64,000 nt of DNA, taken from an uncultured Planctomycetaceae bacterium (GTDB lineage Bacteria; Planctomycetota; Planctomycetia; Pirellulales; PALSA-1355). Positions 20,993 through 31,107 of this stretch are shown here, in pieces. The first letter of the stretch is position 1, and the number at the start of each line of letters is the position of its first letter. The stretch spans positions 64,001-128,000 of the forward strand of contig CAWAUV010000005.1 in assembly GCA_963785305.1 (NCBI GenBank), given 5' to 3'. Under the pieces are notes generated by a model that was given only the letters and a program-made list of their open reading frames with translations, was not told where the DNA came from and did not search any database. The position numbers and the translations under genes were made by a program.

Positions 20993-21903
20993 ACGATTGG
21001 CAATGGACGGATTTCGAGACCCGGCCGCGGCTCGAATGCGTGACGGTCGCGGGCCATGAACTTCGCGCGGGCAACCGGGTTCGGCTTTGGCCCAGGGCCC
21101 AGGCCGACATCATGGACATGGCCTTGCGCGGGAAGACCGCCACGATCGAAGCGATCGAACAAGACTACGAAGGCAAGGTCCACTTGGCGGTGGTGATCGA
21201 CGACGATCCCGGCCGCGACCTGGGCCTGCTGCGCCAAGTGGGGCATCGCTTTTTCTATTCCGCGTCGGAAATCGAGCCGCTCGGCGAAAATGGCTTGGCC
21301 GCGACGCCAGCCGAAGAAGAATCGCCCGCCGCGCCGCGGGCCGGGAATTCCCCCGTGGCCGACGAGCCCTTGCATGCGTCCACCCCGCCGGTTCGTATTC
21401 TCGTGGCCGGAATCGGCAACATTTTTTTGGGCGACGATGCATTTGGGGTCGAAGTGGCTCAAAAACTGACTCGCCGCGTTTGGCCCGAGGGGGTCGTGGT
21501 CAAGGATTTTGGCATCCGGGCGCTCGACTTGGCTTATGCGATCGAATCCGGCCCCGAGACGGTGCTGCTGATCGACGCCGCTCCGCGCGGCGGCCCGCCA
21601 GGCACGGTGTATGTGATCGAGCCCGATTTGAAGTCGCTCGCCGAGCATCCGGCGCCGGTTTCGCTCGACGCCCACACGATGAACCCGGTGGCGGTGCTGC
21701 GCATGGCTCAAAACATGACGAAAAGAATGCCTCGCTGCCTGCTGGTTGGCTGCGAGCCGGCCGACCTGGGCGACCCGGCCCTGGGCAAGATGGGCCTAAG
21801 CCCGGCGGTGGAAGAGGCTGTCGATCGAGCAGTGGATGTGGTGGCGTCGCTCGTGGACCGCATCTTGCAAGGAGCGCCAATCGGCGCGGAGTTCCATGGC
21901 TAG
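20989..21903 (+). CDS. Hydrogenase maturation protease with a fused N-terminal ~95-aa domain
   Basis: C-terminal part RILVAGIGNIFLGDDAFG, DFGIRALDLAY, DAH.M.P, VGCEP. N-terminal part G.RVRL.P...ADIMD..L.GK.A.IE.IEQD....DDDPG.DLG...HRFFY. Starts overlapping the previous stop (ATGA). Confidence 0.88.
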   Translation: MNDWQWTDFETRPRLECVTVAGHELRAGNRVRLWPRAQADIMDMALRGKTATIEAIEQDYEGKVHLAVVIDDDPGRDLGLLRQVGHRFFYSASEIEPLGENGLAATPAEEESPAAPRAGNSPVADEPLHASTPPVRILVAGIGNIFLGDDAFGVEVAQKLTRRVWPEGVVVKDFGIRALDLAYAIESGPETVLLIDAAPRGGPPGTVYVIEPDLKSLAEHPAPVSLDAHTMNPVAVLRMAQNMTKRMPRCLLVGCEPADLGDPALGKMGLSPAVEEAVDRAVDVVASLVDRILQGAPIGAEFHG

Positions 21904-22190
21904 CGCGGCTTTTGTCGCGAGCGGAGCATCCACGCCAGCACGAGGGCCGGCGCCACGAAGAAGATCAATTTCGGCCGCCACACCACCACGGCCAACGCTC
22001 CGCCGATGGTGTAAAACATCCACCGCGGCAGCAAGCGCAGTTGCGGCAGCGCCAGCCAGAGCAGCGCCAAGATGAACGCCACGCGCCAGCACCCATCGCG
22101 CAGCGCCGTCGACTGCGGCGCATACACGGCGACAACCGCTCCCAAGACAAGAAGCCCGAGCGCAAGACCTCCCAGAGTCGGCCGGTGCAT
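21900..22190 (-). CDS. Small membrane protein (planctomycete-type hypothetical)
   Basis: Hydrophobic 96-aa ORF with CWRV...L..LWLALPQL and a basic tail; convergent with the protease gene. Confidence 0.65.
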   Translation of the reverse strand: MHRPTLGGLALGLLVLGAVVAVYAPQSTALRDGCWRVAFILALLWLALPQLRLLPRWMFYTIGGALAVVVWRPKLIFFVAPALVLAWMLRSRQKPR

Positions 22191-22336
22191 GATCGTCTGA
22201 TAATCTCGACGGACCGTGGCGTAAATGAAATCGAACGCGCGATCGAGGAACTGCGCGGTCCGATTGTAGCTGGCCCGCGAGACGATTGGGGGGCGAGCGG
22301 CCAAGCGCGGCGAAATTTATTTTCGCCCTCGGCCTT

Positions 22337-22365
22337 TTGACAAACTCGGCAATCGCGACTAGACT
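22337..22365 (+). promoter_or_regulatory. Sigma70 promoter driving the riboswitch leader
   Basis: TTGACA-N17-TAGACT ending ~14 nt before the riboswitch P1 stem. Confidence 0.75.
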
Positions 22366-22379
22366 TTCGGACTAACGGT

Positions 22380-22625
22380 GCGTTGGTGGTCGGCCGATCG
22401 ATGCTTCGATCGGCCGACGCAACAGGGAACTCCGGTGCAATTCCGGGACGGCCCCGCCCGCTGTAACCGAGCTTTTTAACGAGAGCGTTCCTTCCAGGTA
22501 AGCCATTTTCGTCCGAGTTTTTCGCCCGAACTTTACAGGATTTCGGTCCTGCCAAGCCCGGCGAATTCGCGGCGATGAGAAGGCATCGAACGTCTCGGCT
22601 CGGGAGTCAGAAGACCTACCAACGC
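22380..22625 (+). ncRNA. Cobalamin (B12) riboswitch
   Basis: P1 GCGTTGGT.../...ACCAACGC; 13-bp hairpin 22389-22418; AGGGAA (22424) CTCCGGTGCAATTCCGGGACGGCCCCGCCCGCTGTAA; AAGCCA (22500)...GAAGGC; B12 box GAGTCAGAAGACCTACC (22604-22620). Confidence 0.93.
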
Positions 22626-22865
22626 AATGACTGTCGCGCCCTGCGAGGGATAGGGCTCGGCTGCGCGAAGCATTTTTGCCCGAGAAACGCTAATCGTCCA
22701 TCGCGAGTGAAAGCTCCGCGGCTCGTGAGCGCCGACGCCATTGCGCGTTTGGCGAGCACGCCAGCCCCCGGCTTGATCTCCATGCTCGCGGTGGCTCGAC
22801 ATGCGCTCGCTCGGTGGTTGGCCATGATCGCTGCCTATCAAGCTCGATGCCGCGAAACGCGCTGG

Positions 22866-23654
22866 ATGCCGCGCGGCTCGCGGCTCGCATTCACGCTCGT
22901 CGAGCTGCTGGTCGTGATTGCGATTATTGGGCTGCTGATCGCGCTGCTCTTGCCGGCGGTGCAGGCGGCGCGTGAATCGGCCCGGCGCACCGCGTGTGGC
23001 GGCAATCTGCGGCAGATCGGCTTGGCGCTGCACAATTATCACGACGTCGTCGGCAGCTTTCCGCCAGGCTGCGTCGACAAGGGCGGCGTGCAGTTGGCGT
23101 GGTCGCTGTTTTTGCTGCCGTTTCTCGAAGAGCAAAACACGCGGCAGCTTTTCAATCCGAACTACGCCTACGACGACCCACGCAATCAGCCCGCGACTTG
23201 CACGGCGATCCAAGTGTATCTCTGTCCCTCGACCGTGCGCCTCACCACCGATCGCCACGATTGCTACACGACCAACCAACGCGCCTGCGCCGACTACGGC
23301 GGCATGTATGGCGCCGGTTACTACAGCCCCGGCGCCAACGGCGTGATGCTCTACAACACGGCGATTCGCATTCGCGACATCACCGACGGCCTGACCCACA
23401 CGATCGTCGTGGCCGAGGACACCGGCCGCGGCGACTCGCTCGATGGCGAATGGGCCGATGGCGAAAACATCTTCGACCAGACCCAAATGGTCAACTTCAT
23501 GCAAGACAACGAAATCTGGAGCGATCATCCGACCGGCGCCCAGGCGCTGTTCGGCGACGCCAGCGTGCGATTTTTAAGCGCGGAGTTGCCGACTTCGCTG
23601 CTTTCGCCCTTGTGTACTCGAGCACTGGCCGACAGCGCGCCCGAGGATTTTTGA
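22866..23654 (+). CDS. DUF1559 prepilin-type N-methylation domain protein
   Basis: [57 protein letters not shown]....E, C-terminal H-X9-D(A) motif [16 protein letters not shown]. Alternative start 22824. Confidence 0.93.
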   Translation: MPRGSRLAFTLVELLVVIAIIGLLIALLLPAVQAARESARRTACGGNLRQIGLALHNYHDVVGSFPPGCVDKGGVQLAWSLFLLPFLEEQNTRQLFNPNYAYDDPRNQPATCTAIQVYLCPSTVRLTTDRHDCYTTNQRACADYGGMYGAGYYSPGANGVMLYNTAIRIRDITDGLTHTIVVAEDTGRGDSLDGEWADGENIFDQTQMVNFMQDNEIWSDHPTGAQALFGDASVRFLSAELPTSLLSPLCTRALADSAPEDF

Positions 23655-23755
23655 AAGTTGATTTTCTGGCCCCGAGGTCTTGCAACGCAATGCTCGATCG
23701 AATCGCAAAAACACAACCCGCGATCTTTCATGCTTATTCCGACGGAAACCACGAC

Positions 23756-25078
23756 ATGACCGCTTGGCGCTATTTTGATTCCTCGATCACGACGCTTTCG
23801 ACCCGCCGACCCAAGGCGAAGCATTGCCAGTCTTTGCTGGACCATGTGCTCGGGCCCCTCGCGTGCCTCGCGGCTTTGCTCGGCCCCAGCGCCATGGCCG
23901 CCGCGCAAACCACGCTCTCCACGCCGGGCTTCAATGTCCAAAGCATTCCGGCCGCGACCAACGGCACGGATTCGAGCGGAGCGCCGCTCACGGCGCCGGC
24001 GGCGGTGGTCTATGGAAACGGCTCGCTCTATTCGGTTCCAGGCCCGAACTACAACATTTCCGATTACCCCGCGTCGTTCAACGAAGTCAACGTCTACACC
24101 GGCTCGGCAAGCAATCCTTGGAGCACGATCTCGCTGCAAAACACGAACGGCTTCACCGGCTTTGTCGGGCCGAGCGGCGCCGCATGGAACCCGGTAACGA
24201 ATTCGCTCTTGGTCGTCGACGACAATTTCAACACCAACACCGGCGCCGTCTATTCGGTGAATGTCGCGCCCGGCGTCAACCAAGGCGCGGTGTCGACCGT
24301 GGCCACGTTTCCGAATGATCCCTATTTGCAGCAAGTGACGGTGCAACCGGTGACCGGCAACGTGTTCGTCACCGACGCCAACAGTTCAAGCCCCGCCGGA
24401 ATCTATGCAATCTCCGGCAGCTCCGGCGCCGTGTCGGGCCCCCTCGTGACTTCGAGCGCCGATGGCTTGGCGGGTGTCGCGGTGCAAACTTCGGGCAGCA
24501 CGAGCACGCTCGTCTATCAAGATGTCACCTACAATTATTCCGGCGGCGTGCCCTCGGCCAATGTCATGTCGGCCACGCTCGCCAGCACCAATACCGCGAT
24601 CGTCGGCAGCCCCAGCACGGCGCCCGGCGGAACCGGCGTGGCCAGTTACGATCTGGCGGTGTCGAGCGATAACAAAACCTATGTGACCGGCAGCGTCGTC
24701 GGCCCAAACGATTCGAGCGGCAACTCGACTTATTACTACGGCCTCTTTCAATTGGGGCAAACATCGAACGCCTACGGTTCGATCTTCGCCTATCAAACGG
24801 GCAGCCCGTACGACGCCGCCGAGAGCCTCGCCTATCTGCCGGGCAGCGCGGCGTTTGGCCCCTATGCCGGCGCCAGTGGCGGCCAAATGGCGTTTGTCCT
24901 TTCCGACGGAAGCGGCTCGAGTGGCGCCGCCGGAACTTATGTGTACCTTGTAACGCCCGTGCCCGAGCCATCGACGCTTGTGCTGCTCGCGGTCGGCGCG
25001 ATCGGCTTTTTGGCCGCTCTCCGCGGGCGCCATCGCCAGCCGGCCGTGGGGCTGGTCGTGGACAAGGCCGTGGGCTAG
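23756..25078 (+). CDS. PEP-CTERM (exosortase-sorted) surface protein, propeller-like
   Basis: Signal peptide ending AMAAA|Q; Ser/Thr/Gly/Asn-rich beta repeats; C-terminal VPEPSTLVLLAVGAIGFLAALRGRHR. Confidence 0.9.
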   Translation: MTAWRYFDSSITTLSTRRPKAKHCQSLLDHVLGPLACLAALLGPSAMAAAQTTLSTPGFNVQSIPAATNGTDSSGAPLTAPAAVVYGNGSLYSVPGPNYNISDYPASFNEVNVYTGSASNPWSTISLQNTNGFTGFVGPSGAAWNPVTNSLLVVDDNFNTNTGAVYSVNVAPGVNQGAVSTVATFPNDPYLQQVTVQPVTGNVFVTDANSSSPAGIYAISGSSGAVSGPLVTSSADGLAGVAVQTSGSTSTLVYQDVTYNYSGGVPSANVMSATLASTNTAIVGSPSTAPGGTGVASYDLAVSSDNKTYVTGSVVGPNDSSGNSTYYYGLFQLGQTSNAYGSIFAYQTGSPYDAAESLAYLPGSAAFGPYAGASGGQMAFVLSDGSGSSGAAGTYVYLVTPVPEPSTLVLLAVGAIGFLAALRGRHRQPAVGLVVDKAVG

Positions 25079-25112
25079 TCGGTCAACTCGAGCGCTTGCT
25101 AGAATTGTCGGC

Positions 25113-25941
25113 ATGCAGTCGCCCGAATCATCGTCGCCCGCGCATCAGCACAATCGCCGCGCTTGGGATGCAATGGTTCAAAAGCGGCAGCGGTTCACGC
25201 AGCCGGCGCCCGACGCGGATTTCGAACACCCGCTCGCCGCGGTCGATGCCCAAGGTTGGCTCGGCGGCGATATCACCGGTTGGCGAGTGCTGTGCCTCGC
25301 GGCCGGCGGCGGAAAGCACGGCCCGCTCTATGCCGCGGCCGGCGCGCGTGACCGTGGTCGATATTAGCTCCGCGATGTTGGCGCTCGATCGCCAAGTGGC
25401 CGGCGAACGCGGACTCGCGCTGCGCACCGTCGAAGCCTCGATGGACGATCTCGCCGCGCTCGGCGACGCGACGTTTGACCTCGTGATCCATCCCGTGAGC
25501 ACCTGCTATGTGCCCGATGTGTCGGCGGTCTATCGCGAAGTGGCGCGAGTGCTCACCGGCGGTGGGCTCTATGTGAGCCAACACAAACAGCCGGCCAGTT
25601 TGCAAGCCGGCGTCGCGCCATCGGCGCGGGGTTATGAGCTCACCGAGCCTTACTATCGTGGCGGCCCGCTGCCGGCGGTGATCGGCAGCCCCCATCGCGA
25701 GCCGGGCACGCTCGAATTCTTGCATCGCTGGGAAGAACTGCTGGGCGGTCTTTGCCGCGCGGGCTTCGTGCTTGAAGACCTGATCGAGCCGCTGCACGCC
25801 GCGCCCGACGCGGCGATCGCCAGCTTTCCCCACCGCAGCCTGTTCGTCGCGCCCTATGTGCGGCTCAAGGCGCGGCGAACGGGCGCGGCGCTGCCCGAGG
25901 CGGCGCGAGAAAAATCACGGGTATGGCTGCCGCCTAGCTAG
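25113..25941 (+). CDS. Class I SAM-dependent methyltransferase (frameshift ~25345)
   Basis: HNRRAWD, RVLCLAAGGG.HGP, VTVVDIS..ML..D, FDLV.HPVS.CY.PDV..VYREVARVL. Confidence 0.85.
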
Positions 25942-26177
25942 CAAGGGGCGACGCTAGCAGTCATTTCGAGCGTGAAAGATCGGCGCCCGGCGAGTTCGCG
26001 CGCGACGAAGCACGCATTCTTCCGCCGCGCTGGCATGCACGCCGCGCTTTTTCGAGATTGTGTCGCTCGCGGGTCCGCGGCTACAACGTGCTACCATCGG
26101 CCCCGGAGCGGGCTGCTTGCGGCCGGACGCCGCTCGATAAATTGTCGCGACCAGCACTGCACATGCGGAGGTGTCTC

Positions 26178-27291
26178 ATGATTCGCTCGATGCGTTGTTC
26201 AACGTCCGGCCTCGATTCGAGGCGAGTGTTCACGGTCGGGCTCGCGCTGGCCGTGTTTGCCGTGTTCGGGGCCGAGGCTCGCTGCGCGGCCGCCCAGGCG
26301 CCGGCCGAAACCGTAATCGAAGCCGATCAGACTCTGGCCGAGATCATGGCGATTCCGGCCAAGGCGATTCCCGAGCGTCTGCTCTCCGAAGCTCGCGGCG
26401 TGGCGATTATTCCGAACGTGATCAAGATCGGATTCATCGCCGGCGCGGCGCGGACATGGCGTGGTGATGGTGCGCGACAATGAAGGCCAATGGAGCCTGC
26501 CACAGTTCGTCACGCTCACCGGCGGCAGCGTCGGCTGGCAAGCCGGAGTCGAGGCGAGCGATGTGGTGCTGGTGTTCACCACGCAAAAAGGCGTGCAAAA
26601 TCTGCTGCATGGGCAGTTCACGATCGGCGCCGATATCGCGGCCGCCGCGGGCCCGATCGGTCGCAACGCCGCCGCCGCCACCGATGGCCAACTCAAAGCC
26701 GAGATTCTTTCCTATTCACGCAGTCGCGGACTATTCCTGGGCGTCTCGCTCGATGGCTCGGCGATCGAGATCGACGAAGCCGCGCACGATGCGTTTTATG
26801 GCTCGCCGAGCTCGCAAATTCCGCGACAAGTGCCGCAACCGGCGCTCCAACTGCGGCAAGACCTAATGAGCCTCGCGCCCACGCCGCTCGTCGCCGCCCC
26901 AGTGGCCGCGGCGGCGATCGCCGCGCCGCTCCCGGACTCGGCCGCTCCGGCGATCGCCGCGCCCGCTCATGGTCCCAATCCGGCCCGGCTCCTCGCGCTG
27001 CGGGCCGCGCTCGACAAGAACTCGCGGGCCCTGATGGCGATCGTGCCGAGCCAGTGGCAGCAATACCTGGCGCTACCCAAACCGGTGTACGACGTGAGCC
27101 AACAGCCCGAACTGCCGCCGCTCACCACGGCGCTGTCGCATTACGACGCCATTGCCAAGAGCGCCGATTACAAACAGCTCGCCGCGCGTCCAGAGTTCCA
27201 GAGCACGCATGAGACGCTGCGAGCCTTTGTCGACGAACTCTCGCTCGGCGCGAACACAACCCTGGCCCTGCCGCCGCCGCCGCAAGGGTGA
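26178..27291 (+). CDS. Secreted SYLF/Ysc84-domain protein (frameshift ~26445)
   Basis: GGAGG RBS; signal peptide; IP..LL..A.GVAIIP.V.K.GF, GGSVGWQAG, GAD...AAGP.GR, EILSYSRSRGLF.GVSL.G. Confidence 0.9.
27070..27283 (+). repeat. 214-bp direct repeat, copy 1 (3' end of the SYLF gene)
   Basis: Aligns without gaps to 30883-31096 (offset 3813); 8 mismatches by manual count. Confidence 0.95.
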
Positions 27292-27381
27292 GGATCGCCC
27301 GCGGTGAAACTTCCCATTTGCGCGCTGCGCGGCAACGGCAAACCCCGGGGCGCCGCGTCGACGCTGCATGAACCGCGGCTT

Positions 27382-30300
27382 TTACCAGCGGTAGAGGAAG
27401 CCACCGGCGCCGAAGACGGCCGTGCTATAGGCCGAGACTTGCGAGTTCACCGAGCCGTAGAGGCTGGCGCGCTCGCTGAGGTAGGCGTTTGTGCCCAAGG
27501 TGAACAGGCCGAAGTCGCGGCCGAGGTAATTGCCGGCGGTGGCGAAGGTCGTGGTTGGCGCCCCGGAGAACGACGACGAGATCACGTCCGTGCCGGTTCC
27601 CCACTCGCGTTGATAGACCGCCGAAGCCACCGGAATCGTCCGCACGCCGCGCCAATTCACTTCGCGATAGACGCGCCCGCCGAAGTTGCCACGCACGCTA
27701 TTCACATACTGGGAGCTGGTCGTGAGGTTCAGGCTGCCGGCGCCGGTTTCGGTGTAGCCGCCTTGATCGAGATAGATGTATTGCAGGCCCATCAGCGGCT
27801 GGAGTCGGGTGGCGCCGCGGCCGAGCGTGTAGCCGCATTCGGTGTAGTGGGCCCACTGGTTGCCGGAGCTGGCGCCGGTGGCGGTGCGCGAGATGCCGCC
27901 GAACTGGATGTCTCGAGTCACCTGATATGTGTTGTTGCTGTAGGCGTCGATGTTCGTCAGGTAGAGGCGGTCGCGACGATGCATTTCGTAGAGGCCCACT
28001 TGGTAGCTGCTGATCGTGGCATGCGAATTCACAAGTTGATCGCCCACCGATGTGCCGGCATAGCCGCCGAAGCCGCCCACGACCGTGTTCGCATCGAGCC
28101 AGCGGTCGACGCCGAACAACGTGCCGCCGAGTCCGTAGCCCGTGCCGCCGGCATTGCCGTTGCCGTTGATGTTGCCCCGTAGGCCATAGCCTTGCGTCCA
28201 GCCGGTCCACGCCGGGCCGGGCGCCCGACGGAAGACAATCCGCGGCTGAACCACGGGTCGCCCCGCCGCCTGCTGAAACGAGACAAGCTGCACATCGGCT
28301 TGCATCGTGCCCGGCTCCTGATAGCCGGCGCCGCCTTGGCTGGCGCCCATCGCCATCGGCGACGAGGGCGCCACCGTGCTCGCCGGGCTCAATTGAGCGA
28401 CCAGCCGGTTGTTGATGAGTTGCAGCGAGTCGGTCGTGTTTTCGAGTAGGATGTTCGACAGACTCGGATAAATATCGCCGGCCAACTGGTTCATGGCGCC
28501 GGGCAGTTGTCCCGGGGAAAGCGCCTCCAAGGCCGTCATTACCGTGGAATAGTCGCCCGAAGCGGAGCCGCTCGTGGCGTCGAGTGTCGCGCCGACCTGG
28601 AATTGATTGGAGGTTTGCGCGGCCGAGGCGAAGTTCGTGCCCGACCTGCCAACGAGAAGGATGACTTCATCGGGCATGTATTCGAGCGAGAAGGCGAGTC
28701 CCGAGCCGAGTGAGGGAAGGTTCAAGATCGAGTACGTGCCGCTAACGCCGCCTGAGGCGTCGAGCACGACATAGCTATGGCCCGCGGTATACGTGCCCGG
28801 ATCGAGGACCACGTTGAAAGTCGCGCCGCTCTGGATCGTGGCATGGCCGTTGACGATGATTTCGTCGCTGGCGGTCGGGCTGACCTCGGCCGAGTAGGCC
28901 GAGCCGGTGCTTTGTGTAAAGGGGCCGCTCACGGTTAGCGGGGCGCCGACGGTTCCGGGATAGATCGTGCCTCCGCTCTGCACGGTGGTGGCGCCAACGG
29001 TTCCGGTTCCCATGAGCGTGCCGCCGCTATCGACCGTCATTGTGCCGGCGAGGTTGTTGTCGACAACTAAAGTGCCGCCGCCGACTGTCGTCGCGCCGGA
29101 ATAGGCGCTGGCGCCATCGAGCACGAGGGTTCCCTGGCCGGTCTTGTCGATCACGACTCCGGCGTTGGTCGTGCCGTCGTTGTTGCCGATGGGCGGTGTG
29201 AAGGTGAGTGTCTGACCCGAGGCGATGTCGAAGTTGGTGGTCGTGCCCTTCATCAGGAAGAGATCGTTGCCGTTGGCCGATCCGTTTCCGCCGCTTCCGG
29301 CGCCGGAACCGGCCGTGACGGTGTTGCCGGAGAAGTTCACGGAGTTGATGACGGTGATCGTGGCGCCATCGGCGGCGAACACAGCGCCACCAAAAGCCGC
29401 GCCGCCGCCGCCGCCCGAGCTGCTGCCATTGCCGCCGCCGAAGCCGCCGGTCCCGCCACTGCCGCCGAAAGCACCGCCGCCGCCGCCGCCGAATCCGCCG
29501 GCGCCGCCTTGACTATCGCCATTGCCGCCGCCGCCGCCAAAGCCTCCGGCGCCGCCGGTGGAGGCGCTTCCGCCGCCGCCGCCAAAATTCCCGCCATTGC
29601 CACCTTCTTGCGCGCCGCCACCGCCGCCACCGAACAAGCCGCCGGCCCCGCCGTGGGCTGAGCCGAAGCTGAAGCCCGAGCCTCCTCCGCCGCCGCCCGT
29701 GGCGCCATTACTTCCGCTTGCGTTGTTGTTTCCTCCGGCGCCGCCTTGCGATCCACCGCCGGCTCCGCCGGTATTGCCGGAGCCGTTGGAACCATTGGCG
29801 GTTTGTCCGCCGCCGCCGCCGCCAGCTTCGTTTGATGGATTGTTGCCGGTGGCGCCGTTTCCGCCGTTTCCTAGCTCGCCGCCGCCGCCGCCGCTGCCGG
29901 AAAAAACGAGCGACTGGACGTGTCCGCCGTTTCCGTAGAGACCGCCGCCGCCGCCGCCGCTGATGTCGAACGTGCCCGATCCGCCGTTGCCGCCCAATCC
30001 GCCGCCGCCGGCTTCCGATGTGTTTGATCCATTGCCACCAACCGCGGCGTTGTTCGAGAAGGTGACGTTTTGGACCGACAAATGCGCGGCGGAATCGACG
30101 AACACGGCCGCCCCGGCGCCGAGACCGCCACCGCCGCCATTGCCGCCATGGGCTTACGCGTTGGAAATCGTAAGGTTCTCAAGCGAGACATTGCCGCTTT
30201 CGATAAAAAACGGCCGATAGGCGCCGGCGCCGTTGATCGTGTAGCCATTGCCGGCGACGGTGATGTTTCCCGTCGACACGATCGCCAGCGCTTGTTGGCT

Positions 30301-30511
30301 CATCGTGACATTCGCAGTGAGATTCAGCGTGTAGTTGCCGGTCGGGTTGTTGTCGATCGTATTGATGGCATTGTAGAAGTCGGTCGAGTTGCCGACGTTG
30401 ATTATCGTCTGAGCGCGAGCCGTCGTACCCAGGGCGAAGGCGCCCAAGAGAATAGCGCACGCGGCGACTAGGACATGTAGAAAAGATCGGCGCGCACGGC
30501 CCGACGGCCAT
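27382..30511 (-). CDS. Gly-rich autotransporter (type Va); frameshifts ~30150 and ~30500
   Basis: Signal ...RRSFLHVLVAACAILLGAFALGTTARA|Q, GGxGGFGGGGG passenger, PATR repeat KTGQGTLVL.GA..YSG.T.V..GTL, A.T.NQ..V...LD linker, beta-barrel ending FLYRW. Confidence 0.9.
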
Positions 30512-30882
30512 ACGCCTCGGGTTCACGAGAAGCTTCCGGTTTATGCGTATGCAGCCCCACGGGCCGCCTGAGCTCCGAGCGATGTGCTTCCATGCCGATT
30601 CATGCGGGTTAGCGATAGGGCGCCGGCGCTCGGATCCTCCGACGCCTTGCGTGCCGCAGTGTCTTCCAGCAAGATTCGGCCTCGCTCGGTCGATAAAATG
30701 AACCTCCCACGCACAGCCGTTATTGGCCCTAGAACGCGCACAAATTATCGCGCGGGCGGAGCCAGCATATAACGAATAGGCAAACTCCGCGGGGGCCACG
30801 CGGCGCTCGAGACAGTCCGGCGGCGCCGCGATCGCGAGCATGCGCAATCGCGAGCATGCGCTTCGCCGCGCCAGCGGGCTCA

Positions 30883-31107
30883 GCGCTGCCGAAACCGGTG
30901 TACGACGTGAGCCAACAGCCCGAACTGCCGCCGCTCGCGACGGCGCTGTCGCATTACGACGCCATTGCCAAGAGCGCCGATTACAAACAGCTCGCCGCGC
31001 GGCCGGAGTTCCAGAGCACATATGAGACGCTGCGAGCCTTTGTCGACGAACTCTCGCTCGGCGCGAACACAACCCTGGCCCTGCCGCCGCCGCCGCCGGG
31101 AGGTTGA
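30883..31107 (+). pseudogene. Orphan 3' fragment of the SYLF gene (direct repeat copy 2, 30883-31096) with its own stop codon
   Basis: Encodes ALPKPVYDVSQQPEL...LALPPPPPGG*, nearly identical to the SYLF C-terminus; no SYLF sequence upstream. Confidence 0.85.

Noticed and set aside
5494..21903. Hydrogenase locus as a decaying pseudogene cluster
   Set aside because: Similar frameshifts affect housekeeping genes elsewhere in the window, and catalytic motifs are intact.
27070..31096. Repeat pair as a diversity-generating retroelement TR/VR
   Set aside because: Mismatches are not adenine-specific (C/G, T/G and C/T occur), are mostly synonymous, and no reverse transcriptase is present.
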